A program made the translations under genes and the position numbers. Positions 8,506-18,991 of a stretch of 64,000 bases of DNA are shown piece after piece. Within the stretch, counting starts at the first letter, position 1, and every line of letters begins with the position of its first letter. The notes under the pieces are model-generated. The model was given only the letters and a program-made list of their open reading frames with translations. It ran no database searches and was not told the DNA's origin. The DNA is from an uncultured virus (IMG/VR IMGVR_UViG_3300035516_000278) (taxonomy: Duplodnaviria > Heunggongvirae > Uroviricota > Caudoviricetes), in IMG/VR virus record IMGVR_UViG_3300035516_000278, one strand, 5' to 3'.

Positions 8506-8885
8506 AACTCGTAAAGTTTAAGATTGAACAATAATAGGAAAAAGATAACGTTTCTTCAATCGACGATACCCTTTGTACCTATGGTACTAGTACCTCTTTA
8601 CCTACTGCTACATTTTGCCATGGGAAAGGGGCGGGGGCCCCAGCCCATGGTGGACTCTCACTCACTTCACACAATTTATTTTTATTATTCTCTCCCTCAC
8701 TTCACACTTTAAATTTTTTTCATCACCCTAATATTATTCCTCCCATCCTCTTACTTTTTAAAATATCGCCCTAGGGGTGGGGTATTCCTTTATTTTTCAA
8801 GGTGTTTCCAAAGTCGTATGGGAGGGGGAACAAATAATACTATAAATTCACAATTAATAATGTAATTGTTAATAACTCTTAATTA

Positions 8886-8921
8886 CTTTGTTGCGAGCTA
8901 ATCTTTATATATCATTGTGTA
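8886..8921 (+). promoter_or_regulatory. Bacteroidota-type promoter candidate
   Basis: TTTG ... TATCATTG, close to the -33 TTTG / -7 TAnnTTTG consensus. TATCATTGTGTA recurs at 271-282 (minus strand) and 50219-50230. Confidence 0.45.
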
Positions 8922-9289
8922 TGGAAATATTAAATGACATTCTCGCTAACTACGATAATTTAGAAATCGTAACACTGGATAATGGTGATGTACAAATCAC
9001 AATCCACAAAAACAATAGATTAAATGAAATCAAACAAGAATTAGATACTATAGACAATGATCTTTTTATTGCTGCTGCATCGTTTTTTAAGACTTATGAT
9101 CCCGAACATTTCTCAATCTTTCAGGAGCAAATAAGTGATTGTACAGATGAGAATCTTCTTGAAGAGAATTATCTTCGCTTTAAGAGTGCTCTTGCAAAGG
9201 CAGCACAAGATGAAGTAGCAAATTTGAAATCTTCAATTAATTCTGCTGAAGATAGAATTAATGAATTGCAAACTAAGTATTTGAAATAA
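8921..9289 (+). CDS. hypothetical protein with a C-terminal coiled coil
   Basis: Track ORF 8888..9289 with a likely ATG at 8921; contains no TAG. Confidence 0.75.
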   Translation: MEILNDILANYDNLEIVTLDNGDVQITIHKNNRLNEIKQELDTIDNDLFIAAASFFKTYDPEHFSIFQEQISDCTDENLLEENYLRFKSALAKAAQDEVANLKSSINSAEDRINELQTKYLK

Positions 9290-9332
9290 GATATTAATGC
9301 CTTATGTTGTAACGGTTAGCAAGGAAGACTCT

Positions 9333-10317
9333 TAAAAATTTTAAAGTAATGGAAAACAAAATTTATAAACTTCACGATCAAGAGTTTATAGACTTAGTTA
9401 AGTCAAGTCTTAACATCTCAGAAGTTTTATTTAAACTTGGATATACTACAAAAGGTAATTCTTGGGGATATTCACAAGTTAAACAACGTATGACAGATTT
9501 AAATTTGGCAGGAAAGGATTTTAGAGGAAGATCAGCAATAGCTGAAACAGTTAAAAAAGTAAACCCTGAAAATTTATTCTGTAAAGGTTCAAAGCACAAT
9601 AGATCAGTATTAAGAAGAACGATTATTCAACAGCAATTATTGCCTTATAAATGTGCAATATGTGGAATAACTGAATGGCAAGGAAAAACATTATCATTAG
9701 AACTTGACCATATTAATGGAGAGAATAACGATAATAGAATTGAAAATTTAAGATTTTTATGTCCTAACTGTCATTCTCAAACTGATACATACGGATCTAG
9801 AAATCAAAAAATCACTGAATCTAAATACGATATAACTGATGAATTAAGAGATTTAGTTATTAGTAAATATCTAGAATTAAAGAGTCAAAAGAAAGTTTCA
9901 GAAATACTAAACATTAAACATTTAGTAGTAAAACAAATTATATCTGAGGCTGGGTTGGGGAAATCAAATCAAAAGTATGTTATTCAATACGATAAAGATA
10001 TGAATGAAGTACAAAGATTTGGAACGATTTCCGAATGTTGTGATTATTTAATGGCTAATAATTTAGTAACAACTAAAATTATGAAAACTTGTAGAACTAC
10101 CTTATTGAGAAATGTCGATAAATTTTGGAATAATTATTACTTTAAATTATTGGATGCTTAAAGGATAATACATAATCTTTAAGTAGAATCTCTTTTAATT
10201 GACTTAGAAGCGTATAGTGATAAGGCGCAAGCGTAATGGTAGCGTGAACGACTAAATAAAGAGACTGGTCTTAGGACTGGATGCGATAGTCTAATCCAAA
10301 CAAATTGGTGTAAAATG
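9333..10317 (+). mobile_element. group I intron in the suppressor tRNA anticodon, carrying an HNH ORF
   Basis: The exon ends in U and the intron ends in G. Core elements follow the ORF: P3 TCTCTTT/AAAGAGA and P7 GACTA/TAGTC (AACGACTAAA ... GATAGTCTA). P1/IGS could not be identified unambiguously. Confidence 0.85.
9349..10161 (+). CDS. intron-encoded HNH homing endonuclease
   Basis: CAICG...LELDHINGENNDNRIENLRFLCPNCHSQT motif; C-terminal VIQYDKDMNEVQRFGTISE resembles a NUMOD1-type repeat. Confidence 0.92.
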   Translation: MENKIYKLHDQEFIDLVKSSLNISEVLFKLGYTTKGNSWGYSQVKQRMTDLNLAGKDFRGRSAIAETVKKVNPENLFCKGSKHNRSVLRRTIIQQQLLPYKCAICGITEWQGKTLSLELDHINGENNDNRIENLRFLCPNCHSQTDTYGSRNQKITESKYDITDELRDLVISKYLELKSQKKVSEILNIKHLVVKQIISEAGLGKSNQKYVIQYDKDMNEVQRFGTISECCDYLMANNLVTTKIMKTCRTTLLRNVDKFWNNYYFKLLDA

Positions 10318-10355
10318 AAATCTTCAAGTCTCAGTTCGAGTCTGAGTGGGGCGAC

Positions 10356-10514
10356 ATGAATACCTTATTAACTAAAGTCCTCAATCTTTAGATGTACATC
10401 GTTCTTAAATGGACGAAGCATATAATAAAAAAGATTGAGAAGCTAAATTTACAAAACCAGCAAAATGTGCTCGAATGGCTGGATGAATTAAATAGATTTT
10501 CAGTTATGTATTAA
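10356..10514 (+). CDS. small hypothetical protein (needs TAG=Gln at codon 12)
   Basis: 52-aa read-through ORF between the tRNA 3' end and a terminator. Confidence 0.4.
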
Positions 10515-10518
10515 GATT

Positions 10519-10558
10519 AAAAAAGGCGGCTTCCCGAATAAGGAAGTCGCCTAATTTT
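10519..10558. terminator. bidirectional intrinsic terminator between convergent units
   Basis: A-run, AGGCGGCTTCC / GGAAGTCGCCT stem, then a T-rich tail. Confidence 0.8.
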
Positions 10559-11234
10559 ATTTTATATTCTCTGGACCAAAATGGTAGCCAGTTTGAGCTA
10601 CACGTAATGCTGTATTATCAATATAATCTCCTGCTTTCTACAACTAAACACTAAATTCATCAGCTGTATGTTCTGGTATATAAATTTTCTTACTCCTAAC
10701 TCGTAAAGTCTTAGCAGGAACTTTATCTCCAATTTTTACTATGGGATTTAAAGTACGGATGTATTTTGCTCCTAATATATCCAAAGCAAGTTCTCCACCA
10801 TTATAAGCAGCGTCCTTCCAATCTCTCTTCTATATATCTCTTAGAATTTGATAGCCATCAACAACGCCACTTAATATAGCATGAGGAACACGAGTCCAAG
10901 GAGTTGTCCAACTTACAAGACTTGTGGCAGCTAAAGCATCATCAGCAGTCTATGCCATTTCATCAATGGTTTCAATATTAGGAAAGAAATCTTGACGATT
11001 ATTTTTTATAGAATTTACTCTGGAGTTATCAGATTTTGACTTAGCATAAGTTCCACCTAATTTACCTGAATTATAGAGTTCAATTATATCCCCCCCATTA
11101 GACTCAATTGCCTAAGCAATTCTATCATAATCTTCATCAGTTAAGTGCGCTCTTCTTCTCTAATCTATCTCTAAGAATTTCTAAGGATATTGTACATAGT
11201 AATCTGCTAACTATTCACCATATCTCTTTGCCAT
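10557..11234 (-). CDS. hypothetical protein, 225 aa (TAG=Gln), N-terminal domain paralogous to 14228..15775
   Basis: MAKRYGEQLADYYVQYPQKFLEIDQRRRAHLTDEDYDRIAQAIESNGG...; length is a multiple of 3 up to TAA. Confidence 0.75.
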
Positions 11235-13512
11235 ATTTTCTATATATTAAAGTTCCACCATATTTCTTCTCCTATGCTGCTCCTACTGTAACTCCAGTAA
11301 CAACACCTACTTTAATCATTGCTTGTTTAATCTTATTTATTTGATCAAGTATTTCTGGATTACTTTCAGCTATAAATTCTAACTATTTAGGAGTAAGAGT
11401 ATTTAAGTATTTTACTCCAGTTAATTCTTGAATGCGCGGTCTAATGGCTTCTAAGTAAGGTTCTTTAAGTACCATTTTAAGGATTTCTCCTGGAGGAGTT
11501 TCTTCAATAACCTTATTCAATTCTGCACCAACTACATGCCCATTTCTTGCAGATATTTCGGCTCTAAATCCAGTATTTACTGCTCCTTGCTCATCTAGAG
11601 GTGAAATATCTGGGTATTCATTTATTTGTGGATAGGCGTCATTTAAGATTCTAGATTCTCGTCGAGTAAACGCCGAAGTTCTTTCAATAGCATCATCTGG
11701 AGCATCAAAAATTACTGTTCCCCAGTCATCATTAACATTATATCCCTAACTTTTAAGTTGAGCATTAAAAGCCTTTCTAGATACTGCAGGCCCAGTTTTT
11801 GTAAGATTATGTCTTACATAATGTCCTCCAATCTCATGTGCATTTGTACCATAATCAAGTAAAACACCCTTATTTTTTAAAGTAACATCATTAAAATTAG
11901 AAGAATAATAGCCTCTTGCAGAAGGAAAGTTTGTTGCATCAAAATAGTCTTCAGCAGTATCTCCTAAGCGTACCATAGGCATTCTAAAGGTCGGAGGTAT
12001 ATGTCCCTGAGTTCTTAATCTAGGATATACATCTTGCTATATGAATTTAGTCAAATGCTCTTCAACAGCGGGATCTATTACAGAAGCCTCTTCCTCTCCA
12101 ACAGAAGGACTAGGAAAGAATCTTGTGGGTTTTCTAGAAAAATATTTACCTCCATTAGTATCAAATGTACCTCTATCTACAGGATATAAATGGTCAGTAC
12201 TTAATTTTACTTCATATTCTGGAGCAACATTTCCTAAAGAAATTCCATTTTCTCCAGGAGTCCATTCTGCTTGCTGTCTCCATTGTAGAGGATTTCTTAA
12301 ACTGAAAGGTCGTCTAACAGCACCAACTAATTCGGAATTTCCTCCAGCATATTGTAAAGCCTAGTCATACTAAGGTGCAACAAATACAAAAGGATCAGAA
12401 AATCCTTCTGTGGAGTACTCAAAGTTTCTTAAAAATGTAGGGTATCCTTTAGATGCTAATAAATTTACTCTATCTCTTAAAGACATATTAGCTAATTGCT
12501 AAAATGTAGGATTACTTGTGTCAGGAGCTCCTATAGAATTTAAAAACTAAATATTTTCAGGACTATAGCGTTCTGCATCAACTGCCCTATAGAATGTATT
12601 ATGATTCTAATACATCGTTTTAATTTCATCTAAAGTAGTAGGGGTTTTGTATCCATATTTAGAAGCAAAATCCTAGGCATCTTTAAATACCTATTTAAGC
12701 TATTCACTAGTTAGCTATCTTTCTAATGCCCCTTTTGGAAGTCCCGCTTGTTCTGCTTCAGATAAATTAGAAGGTCTTTCAAGAAGTTGTAAGGAAGCAC
12801 CAGATCTAGGATCTCTAGGAGCAGTATAATCAATTGTATGAGGATTACTAGTTGCTTCAGCAGTTGTAGTAGTTTCAGGCAAATCAGAAAGCTTAACAGC
12901 GCCTCTCTTTATGCCTTTAGATGCCTACAAATAATCAAAGTAATCTCCTCCTATCTAATAACCTCTCTAACCTAATTGATACCCTTTATATCCTCCCCAT
13001 AATCCTCCTAGTGTACCTAAGAAAGGAGAAAAGAATCTTGTACCGCCATCTCTATCAACAGCTTCTCCTACTTTACTTCCTATAGTTGAACCAATTACTC
13101 CACCAAGAGTACTACCTGCAAATTCAGCTGCACCAGCAAGTCCTCCTTCTAATATCATTGGTCCTCCTATAGCTCCAGCAAGTAAGAAAGGAGCTACAGT
13201 CTAATTCATCTATCTGGTATCTCTAAGTGCTTGAGCAGCACTCTTATCATCTGGTGCATTGGCTACAGCATCCACACCTGTAAACTAATCAACTTTATAG
13301 TCTAGTGGGTCTCTAAGGATTCCTTTAGATCCCATAATTCTATAAGCATTAATAGTTGATGTTGGAATACTGTAAGTTCCATTAATGGTAACTTCAGGTA
13401 GAGTTTTAGTCCCAAGGTTTATTACACCTTGTTCTTTATCATATTGGTTTTGCATAGCTCTACCTATATGATTGTTACTAAATGTAAAGTATTTTCTTTT
13501 AGGAGGTGCCAT
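11215..13512 (-). CDS. large hypothetical protein, 765 aa (TAG=Gln), putative virion cargo with a Gly-rich hydrophobic segment
   Basis: Track fragments 13285-13512, 12967-13158 and 11746-11982 share one frame and each ends at TAG. C-terminus KKYGGTLIYRKYGKEIW. Confidence 0.75.
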
Positions 13513-14228
13513 TAAGTTATTGGTTGATATTTATAAAGTATTCTACCTTTTTTAGCTGTGGGAATATTTATCTGTGGAAGATTGTTCAAGTTTAAATTCT
13601 TAGCAAAAGACACATCAACTCTAGGAAAAGAATTTTCATATTCAATAGGTGTAGCTTTAATCTATCTAGGTTTAAAGTGTAAATAATTATTTAATACATC
13701 ACTCTATCTTCTTCTTGCCTCAGATCTATTTCTATTGATATATTTTTTTTGTTTAGTATCATAGGGATCAGGTCTTACATAGCCAGTAGATAAATAATAA
13801 GCGGCTTCTCCTGGAGTTTGAGCATTCCAAAAATTGTCGAAATCCTAAGTCCAGTTATTACTTCTATCTATTTTACCTTTAATAGTATCAAGAGCATACT
13901 AAAACTACTCCTATTCAGACATCTTATCTACGTTAATGTTTAAATCCGCATTGCGTCTACGTGCTCCTCTATATCCAAATAAACCAAAAGCACCTTTATC
14001 ACTATGAACTCCTAAAGTTCCACCTTCAGCTGCTGCATTAGAAATAATACCAGCAATCTATACTTGGGGAACTCCATTATCATATAAGAACTTGGCAAAT
14101 CTATTCAATACGCCTTTATCAGTTTCGGGATGAAAGCCTCTTAAACTGCCTCCGTGAACCTATGCCCAATTTGCATCTTTTTCTAGGCCATCTATATCAA
14201 AAACAATTTCATCTTGCTATGGTTCCAT
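13512..14228 (-). CDS. phage tail lysozyme-like protein, 238 aa (TAG=Gln)
   Basis: QIAGIISNAAAEGG...GAFGLFGYRGARR and AAYYLSTGYVRP resemble the Phage_lysozyme2 family; TAATG overlaps at both ends. Confidence 0.7.
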
Positions 14229-15775
14229 TACTGTGGGTAATATTTATATAAAACTCCTCCATGCTTTCTCTCTGTTGTGAATGTGGTAGGAGTTTGAATA
14301 GTTATTTTATTATTGTTTCTAGGATTCTATCTTACATCATACCAATCCCTTACTCCTTCACTAGGATTAACCTAAATACTAGCATCGAAAGGCAATGAGT
14401 AATAAGCAGTATCAGCTTGGGGACCACTAACCCTATAGGCTTCAGATCTTGTAGTAGGATTTCCTGAAGAAGCATGATTTACATCAATATAATAATCATG
14501 ACCAAATTTAACTTCATAAGGTTTTCCTCCAAACCAGAATTGTTTTAGTCCAGCCTTAGCAGCTTTTCTAAACTCTCTTTTAAATGCATCAGAACCCTAC
14601 CACCATTGCTTAGATACTTTATTACCATCAATAATAACTAAAGGACCATGACCTTCAGGAATAGTATCAGGAGGAGTTACTGGAATTGTATCAGGAGGAG
14701 TAGGAGGTACCGGAGGAGTACTCCATGAAGGTACAAATGGAAGAGCTTCTGATGTTCCAGTAGCATGAGTAGGAGTAGAGCCTCCTACAGATACAGTAGT
14801 TCTATTCTATGACGGAGGAGTTCTATCAGTAGTAGTTCTCCATGATGGATTGCCTTTATTTGGTGAACCTCCGTTAGATACTCTTACAGTACCCTATGTA
14901 CCACCTGCTGAAACTCCAGGAGTAGCTACAGTATTAGTCTATTTACCAGCAGTAAATGATGGTGTTGCAGGAACTTCTATCTAGGTTCCCAAGTAATTAC
15001 TAAGATAGTTACGTCCAGCACTAACTAATGAAGGCCACTATCTTGCAAGACCATAAATACCTGTACCTACAGCGGTAGCATTAAGAGCATCACCTAATGC
15101 AGATCTTAAAGCACCATTAAAGTCTCCTTGATTAATTAACTGTTGAGTTTTTTGTAAACCATTTTCATTAGCTAATCCGTAAGTACCACCAGCAACACTA
15201 GTTGCATTAAGTAATGCAGAAGCTGCAGGGCTATTTCTAATAGCTTGAACTAACTGCTCAACTTGTTTAATTCCTTGTAAATTTTTAATTCCCCCAAGAG
15301 CTTCTGTTAATTCAGGACCAAGTGCTTTAGCCAAACCTTGACCTCCAAGAGCCTCTAAAGAAGTTAAGCCACTTAATCCAGATACAGCAGCTAGAGCATA
15401 AAGGACAGGCTAGAAAGATTCCCATCTAGCATTACCAATGTCCTTTTTAAGATTATTAATTCTAAGATTATCAGCTACACTTTTTGCGTATGTGCCGCCA
15501 ATCTTTCCTTGATTATATAAATTGATAAGAGTTTCTTGACCTCCTTCACCAGAAGCTTCAATGGCTCTTGCAACATCATCCCAATCAGTATCAGTAAGAT
15601 ACTGTGTATATCTATTTGATCTATCTGCCATAATCTATTCAGGATATTTAGTATAATAATCTCTTACTTGACTATGGTATTCTTTCTAGTCTTGCCAATT
15701 ACGTAATCTTTCGGCAATTTGCTAATCGGTTAATCCTGTAGTTTTGAGAAACTCTAATAATTCTTCGTAAGTCAT
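14228..15775 (-). CDS. hypothetical protein, 515 aa (TAG=Gln), putative virion cargo with a Pro/Thr-rich linker
   Basis: Fragments 15410-15631 and 15038-15334 are in frame with ATG 15775. C-terminus RKHGGVLYKYYPQ. Confidence 0.75.
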
Positions 15776-15776
15776 G

Positions 15777-15992
15777 TTATTTCTTCCAAATTCCGGTTAC
15801 ACTATCAACTCCTAATAATATTACTGAGGCGTATATTACTGTACTTAATATTTCAGGAGTCTATACATTATTAAATGTTGCATATATAGAACATACTGCT
15901 ATTATTATCCAAGCAAAACATCCACATACGCGTTTACTACTGATGCCAGATCTTGAAGATAGCATCAGTTTTATAAATTCTAAAAATTTCAT
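15777..15992 (-). CDS. holin-like membrane protein, 71 aa (one TAG)
   Basis: MKFLEFIKLMLSSRSGISSKRVCGCFAWIIIAVCSIYATFNNVQTPEILSTVIYASVILLGVDSVTGIWKK: two TM segments, next to a transglycosylase gene. Confidence 0.65.
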
Positions 15993-15998
15993 ATAGTT

Positions 15999-16865
15999 TT
16001 AATGTTCAAAGTGAAGACTCTTTTCAATAAGACTTTTAGTTGCACCTTTTATTATAGTACCTTCATTGAGATAATCAGCAAGCCCTTTATGCCCAAGGTA
16101 ATGAGCTGTAGCAGCTAATTCATTCTCAGTGTACTAGTTTAATATCTCACTAGATACATGTTCCTTTAAATAATCTAAATTCATTCGTGCATATTTAAGA
16201 GCAGCTCTATCTTGTGCAGCTCCATCCCATACATTTTCTCCAGGAGCGATTGTTGCCCAAGTCTTATCTATAAATTGATAACGACCTTTAGCTGTAGAAT
16301 GCGCGTTCTAAGCATCATCTCTTCCACCCGATTCTCTATTTCTTAAATAAGGTAAATAAGTAGTAGGATTGAAAGCCCTTCTAGCAGTTACATCATCTTT
16401 CTTATCATCCTTTGTATCATCTGAATATAAATATTCAAAAGGATTGATCTTAGTTATTGCATCAAGTTCTTCAGCTGTGTAATAATCTGGAGTACTTATT
16501 AAGGGTGATGAGTATAGATCCTCAAAATTTAAAGTTGAATCACTGTATGATGGGAAACTTAACTTAGAAGACTTAGCAGTTTGATAAGTAGTAAATATAT
16601 CTGGATCTATTTTTAAAGTTTCAAGTATTCCTCCTTTAGCCCATTTTCTTGCATTATCTGCAAAGGTAGCTCTTTTACGAACTGCAGGGTCTGAACTTTG
16701 TTTGCCTCTACTAATACATTCCGCAGTTACAGTTCCTCCACAGTAATCAGTAAACTTACCTTGATTTTCTTTTTTAATGTGAATTTTACTTCCTTCTTTG
16801 AATTTCTATATAAAATAATTTATATTAGAGAAGGAAGGAGATTTATTAATTTCTTCAAATTCCAT
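15999..16865 (-). CDS. protein with a C-terminal lytic transglycosylase (SLT/lysozyme-like) domain, 288 aa (TAG=Gln)
   Basis: RNRESGGRDDAQNAHSTAKGRYQFIDKTW catalytic motif; N-terminal basic IHIKKENQGKFT...KRATFADNARKWAKGG segment. Confidence 0.8.
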
Positions 16866-16880
16866 AATTGAATAGAATAA

Positions 16881-16914
16881 TTTTGCATTTTACAAACTTA
16901 TTAATAAATTTGCA
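16881..16914 (+). promoter_or_regulatory. Bacteroidota sigma-type promoter in a divergent intergenic region
   Basis: TTTTG ... TAAATTTGCA matches -33 TTTG / -7 TAnnTTTG. Confidence 0.6.
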
Positions 16915-16989
16915 TAAATGCAAATAAGTTACACTTAACTTATAAAACAAACGAATTTTATATGATTATGTTTATTTAAATAAAACTGT

Positions 16990-17691
16990 ATGTCCTTAAA
17001 TCAACTAAAGAACATTTGGAATTTAATTAATAACATTAATCCTAAACTAAAAACTTTATTAATACTGTTACTTACACTTATAGCAACGTAGGCGTATGTA
17101 AATAATTGGAGTACTAAGTTAATAGAACAATATGTAGAAGTGCAGGAGCGGAGTAATCAAAAATTTGATAATTATACTTTAAGAATCGCTCCATATATAA
17201 ATGAATATGTTCTTAATATTTAGTAGGCTGACTAGGATTGTTTTAATGTTTTGTTATTAAACTATCATAATTCTAAAAAAAGTTTGCAAGGGATAAGATA
17301 TGTTTACTTAAATTGCATCATTGAAAAACCAAAAGGATTAGATGATTACAATTTAAAGTAGTATTGGTCAGATCTTGAATATATCTATTATGACGATGAG
17401 CTTAGTAGAATACATAATTAGGGATACCTACAAATTGAAAACATTGATTCTGTAAAGACTACGTTTCCTAAATTATATAAGAAGTTAGTAGCCAGTGATG
17501 CAAAATCAGCAGGATTTTATGTGATTCAAGGAACAGACAGTCCTATTGGAATAATTGCTATTCTTTATAGAGAACCTCACAAATTTAAAATTAATTTTTA
17601 TAAAGGAGTTGTCAATCCTTGGATTTAGAAATTAGCAATTATTCTGGATTACCCTAATACCGATGCTAAAATGATTAATGATGATGAGTAA
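16990..17691 (+). CDS. single-TM membrane protein with a soluble C-terminal domain, holin-like candidate, 233 aa (TAG=Gln)
   Basis: Absent from the track because of repeated TAGs. N-terminal hydrophobic helix, then LLNYHNSKKSLQGIRYVYLN. Confidence 0.7.
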
Positions 17692-18505
17692 TGTTTTTTC
17701 TGTAACTGAACTTATAGACAAGTATAAGCAACCTTTTGATAGGGATTTCTGGAGTGCATATAAAGCATTAGAGCAATTACTATCTAAAGAACAGTGGAAT
17801 ATTGAGAAGAAGTCTTTATTAAATACTAAACGATTTGATGCTTCTATCTTAGATGTATATAGTATAAGTAAGAATGACTTTAATGCAACCCAGCAATCAA
17901 TTTTAGATGCCTGGGAAGCTAAAAGAGTTGAGGGTCAGACTAGAGGAACTTTCCTACATGATTCTTTATATAAACAGATTTCCAATAATAAATATGATTT
18001 CTCTAAATTAGTAGAAGTTCATAATCCATTAACCATTCAACAATCTTTAGATGAAGCTTATGGAATTTATCCTGAGTTTCCAATTCAATATTCTTTTATG
18101 AATATTGTAATTAAAGGTAGACCTGATTTGATTATTAAAAATGAAAATGAGCTATCTATAGTTGATTGGAAAACGGATGAGAAAATTGAACAGAAATCTG
18201 GATTCAATACTGCAATTAAGTCTAATGCAAAGATGTTATTTCCATTAAATGATATTATGGATTGTAATTACTTTCATTATACTATGCAACTATCTTTATA
18301 TGCTTATATTCTTGAACAATTATATCCTAAATTGCATGTATCTAATTTAATGATTGTTCACTTTGATCCCAAAGGAATACAATCTTTATATAGATTAGAT
18401 TATATGAAAGAAGCCGTAGTAAGACTTCTTAAATATGCAAATAAGATGTATATCCACGAAGTTCAGAAAGAAAAACGTAAACACATTGATTATGGAGATC
18501 GGTAA
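17678..18505 (+). CDS. PD-(D/E)xK family exonuclease
   Basis: RGTFLH, E...KGRPDLI...IVDWKT and YTMQLSLY motifs. Confidence 0.85.
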   Translation: MMMSNVFSVTELIDKYKQPFDRDFWSAYKALEQLLSKEQWNIEKKSLLNTKRFDASILDVYSISKNDFNATQQSILDAWEAKRVEGQTRGTFLHDSLYKQISNNKYDFSKLVEVHNPLTIQQSLDEAYGIYPEFPIQYSFMNIVIKGRPDLIIKNENELSIVDWKTDEKIEQKSGFNTAIKSNAKMLFPLNDIMDCNYFHYTMQLSLYAYILEQLYPKLHVSNLMIVHFDPKGIQSLYRLDYMKEAVVRLLKYANKMYIHEVQKEKRKHIDYGDR

Positions 18506-18752
18506 TGTTGTAAAAGGCAATGCAAGTAAACTAGTAGGAGCAGATGTAGATCTTCCTGCGGCACGTAAAGAGATTTGTAAGAAATGCCTAATCTATTCAA
18601 GAGAAGGCTTATGTAATAACAAGCTATACCTTAATCCTGAAACTAACGATGTTGCTGTCGAACCAGCTGAAGGATATGTAAGAGGATGTGGCTGTGTTAT
18701 TGATGTAAAAACTAAGAATCCAACCTCACATTGTCCTGCTAAGAAATGGTAA
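18492..18752 (+). CDS. small Cys-rich, putative Zn-binding protein
   Basis: ICKKC...GCGC...HCPAKKW; likely start ATG 18492. Confidence 0.75.
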   Translation: MEIGNVVKGNASKLVGADVDLPAARKEICKKCLIYSREGLCNNKLYLNPETNDVAVEPAEGYVRGCGCVIDVKTKNPTSHCPAKKW

Positions 18753-18985
18753 TAGTCAAATGGATTAAAGCTATATTTACACATCCTACACAAATAATAA
18801 AAGGTGCTTATCTAAATCTTAGAAATAAAAATCGAGATTTAGCTTAGCACCGTTTGTGTATATGTAGCAATTGCGAATACAAAACTAATATATATAAATT
18901 CGGAGATATTTGTGGAATATGTGGGTGTATCTTAAAAAATAAGGTTACACTTCCAGATGCTGAATGTGATAAAGGAAAATGGTAA
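18746..18985 (+). CDS. small Cys-rich protein, paralog of the upstream gene (one TAG)
   Basis: ICSNC...CGICGC...ECDKGKW. Confidence 0.75.
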
Positions 18986-18991
18986 TGATTT

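Larger units (their letters stand above)
9298..10354 (+). tRNA. intron-split amber suppressor tRNA (anticodon CUA, Gln-like); exons 9298-9332 and 10318-10354
   Basis: Joined exons: TGCCTTA TG TTGT AACGGTTA GCAA G GAAGA CT CT|A AA TCTTC AAGT CTCAG TTCGAGT CTGAG TGGGGCG A. This is a full cloverleaf with a 7-nt anticodon loop, and shares U1-G72 and A73 with the tRNA-Gln at 603-674. Confidence 0.88.

Noticed and set aside
8118..8531. 137-aa alternative-frame ORF
   Set aside because: It overlaps 8011..8505 on the same strand, which has the better start context and composition.
9329..9336. Reading the split tRNA as Lys(CUU) from the unspliced sequence CT-CTT-AA
   Set aside because: No 3' anticodon strand follows, and joining at that point would need the intron to end in A rather than the conserved G.
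11108..12364. Plus-strand track ORFs at 11108 and 12041
   Set aside because: Antisense to the recoded minus-strand genes.
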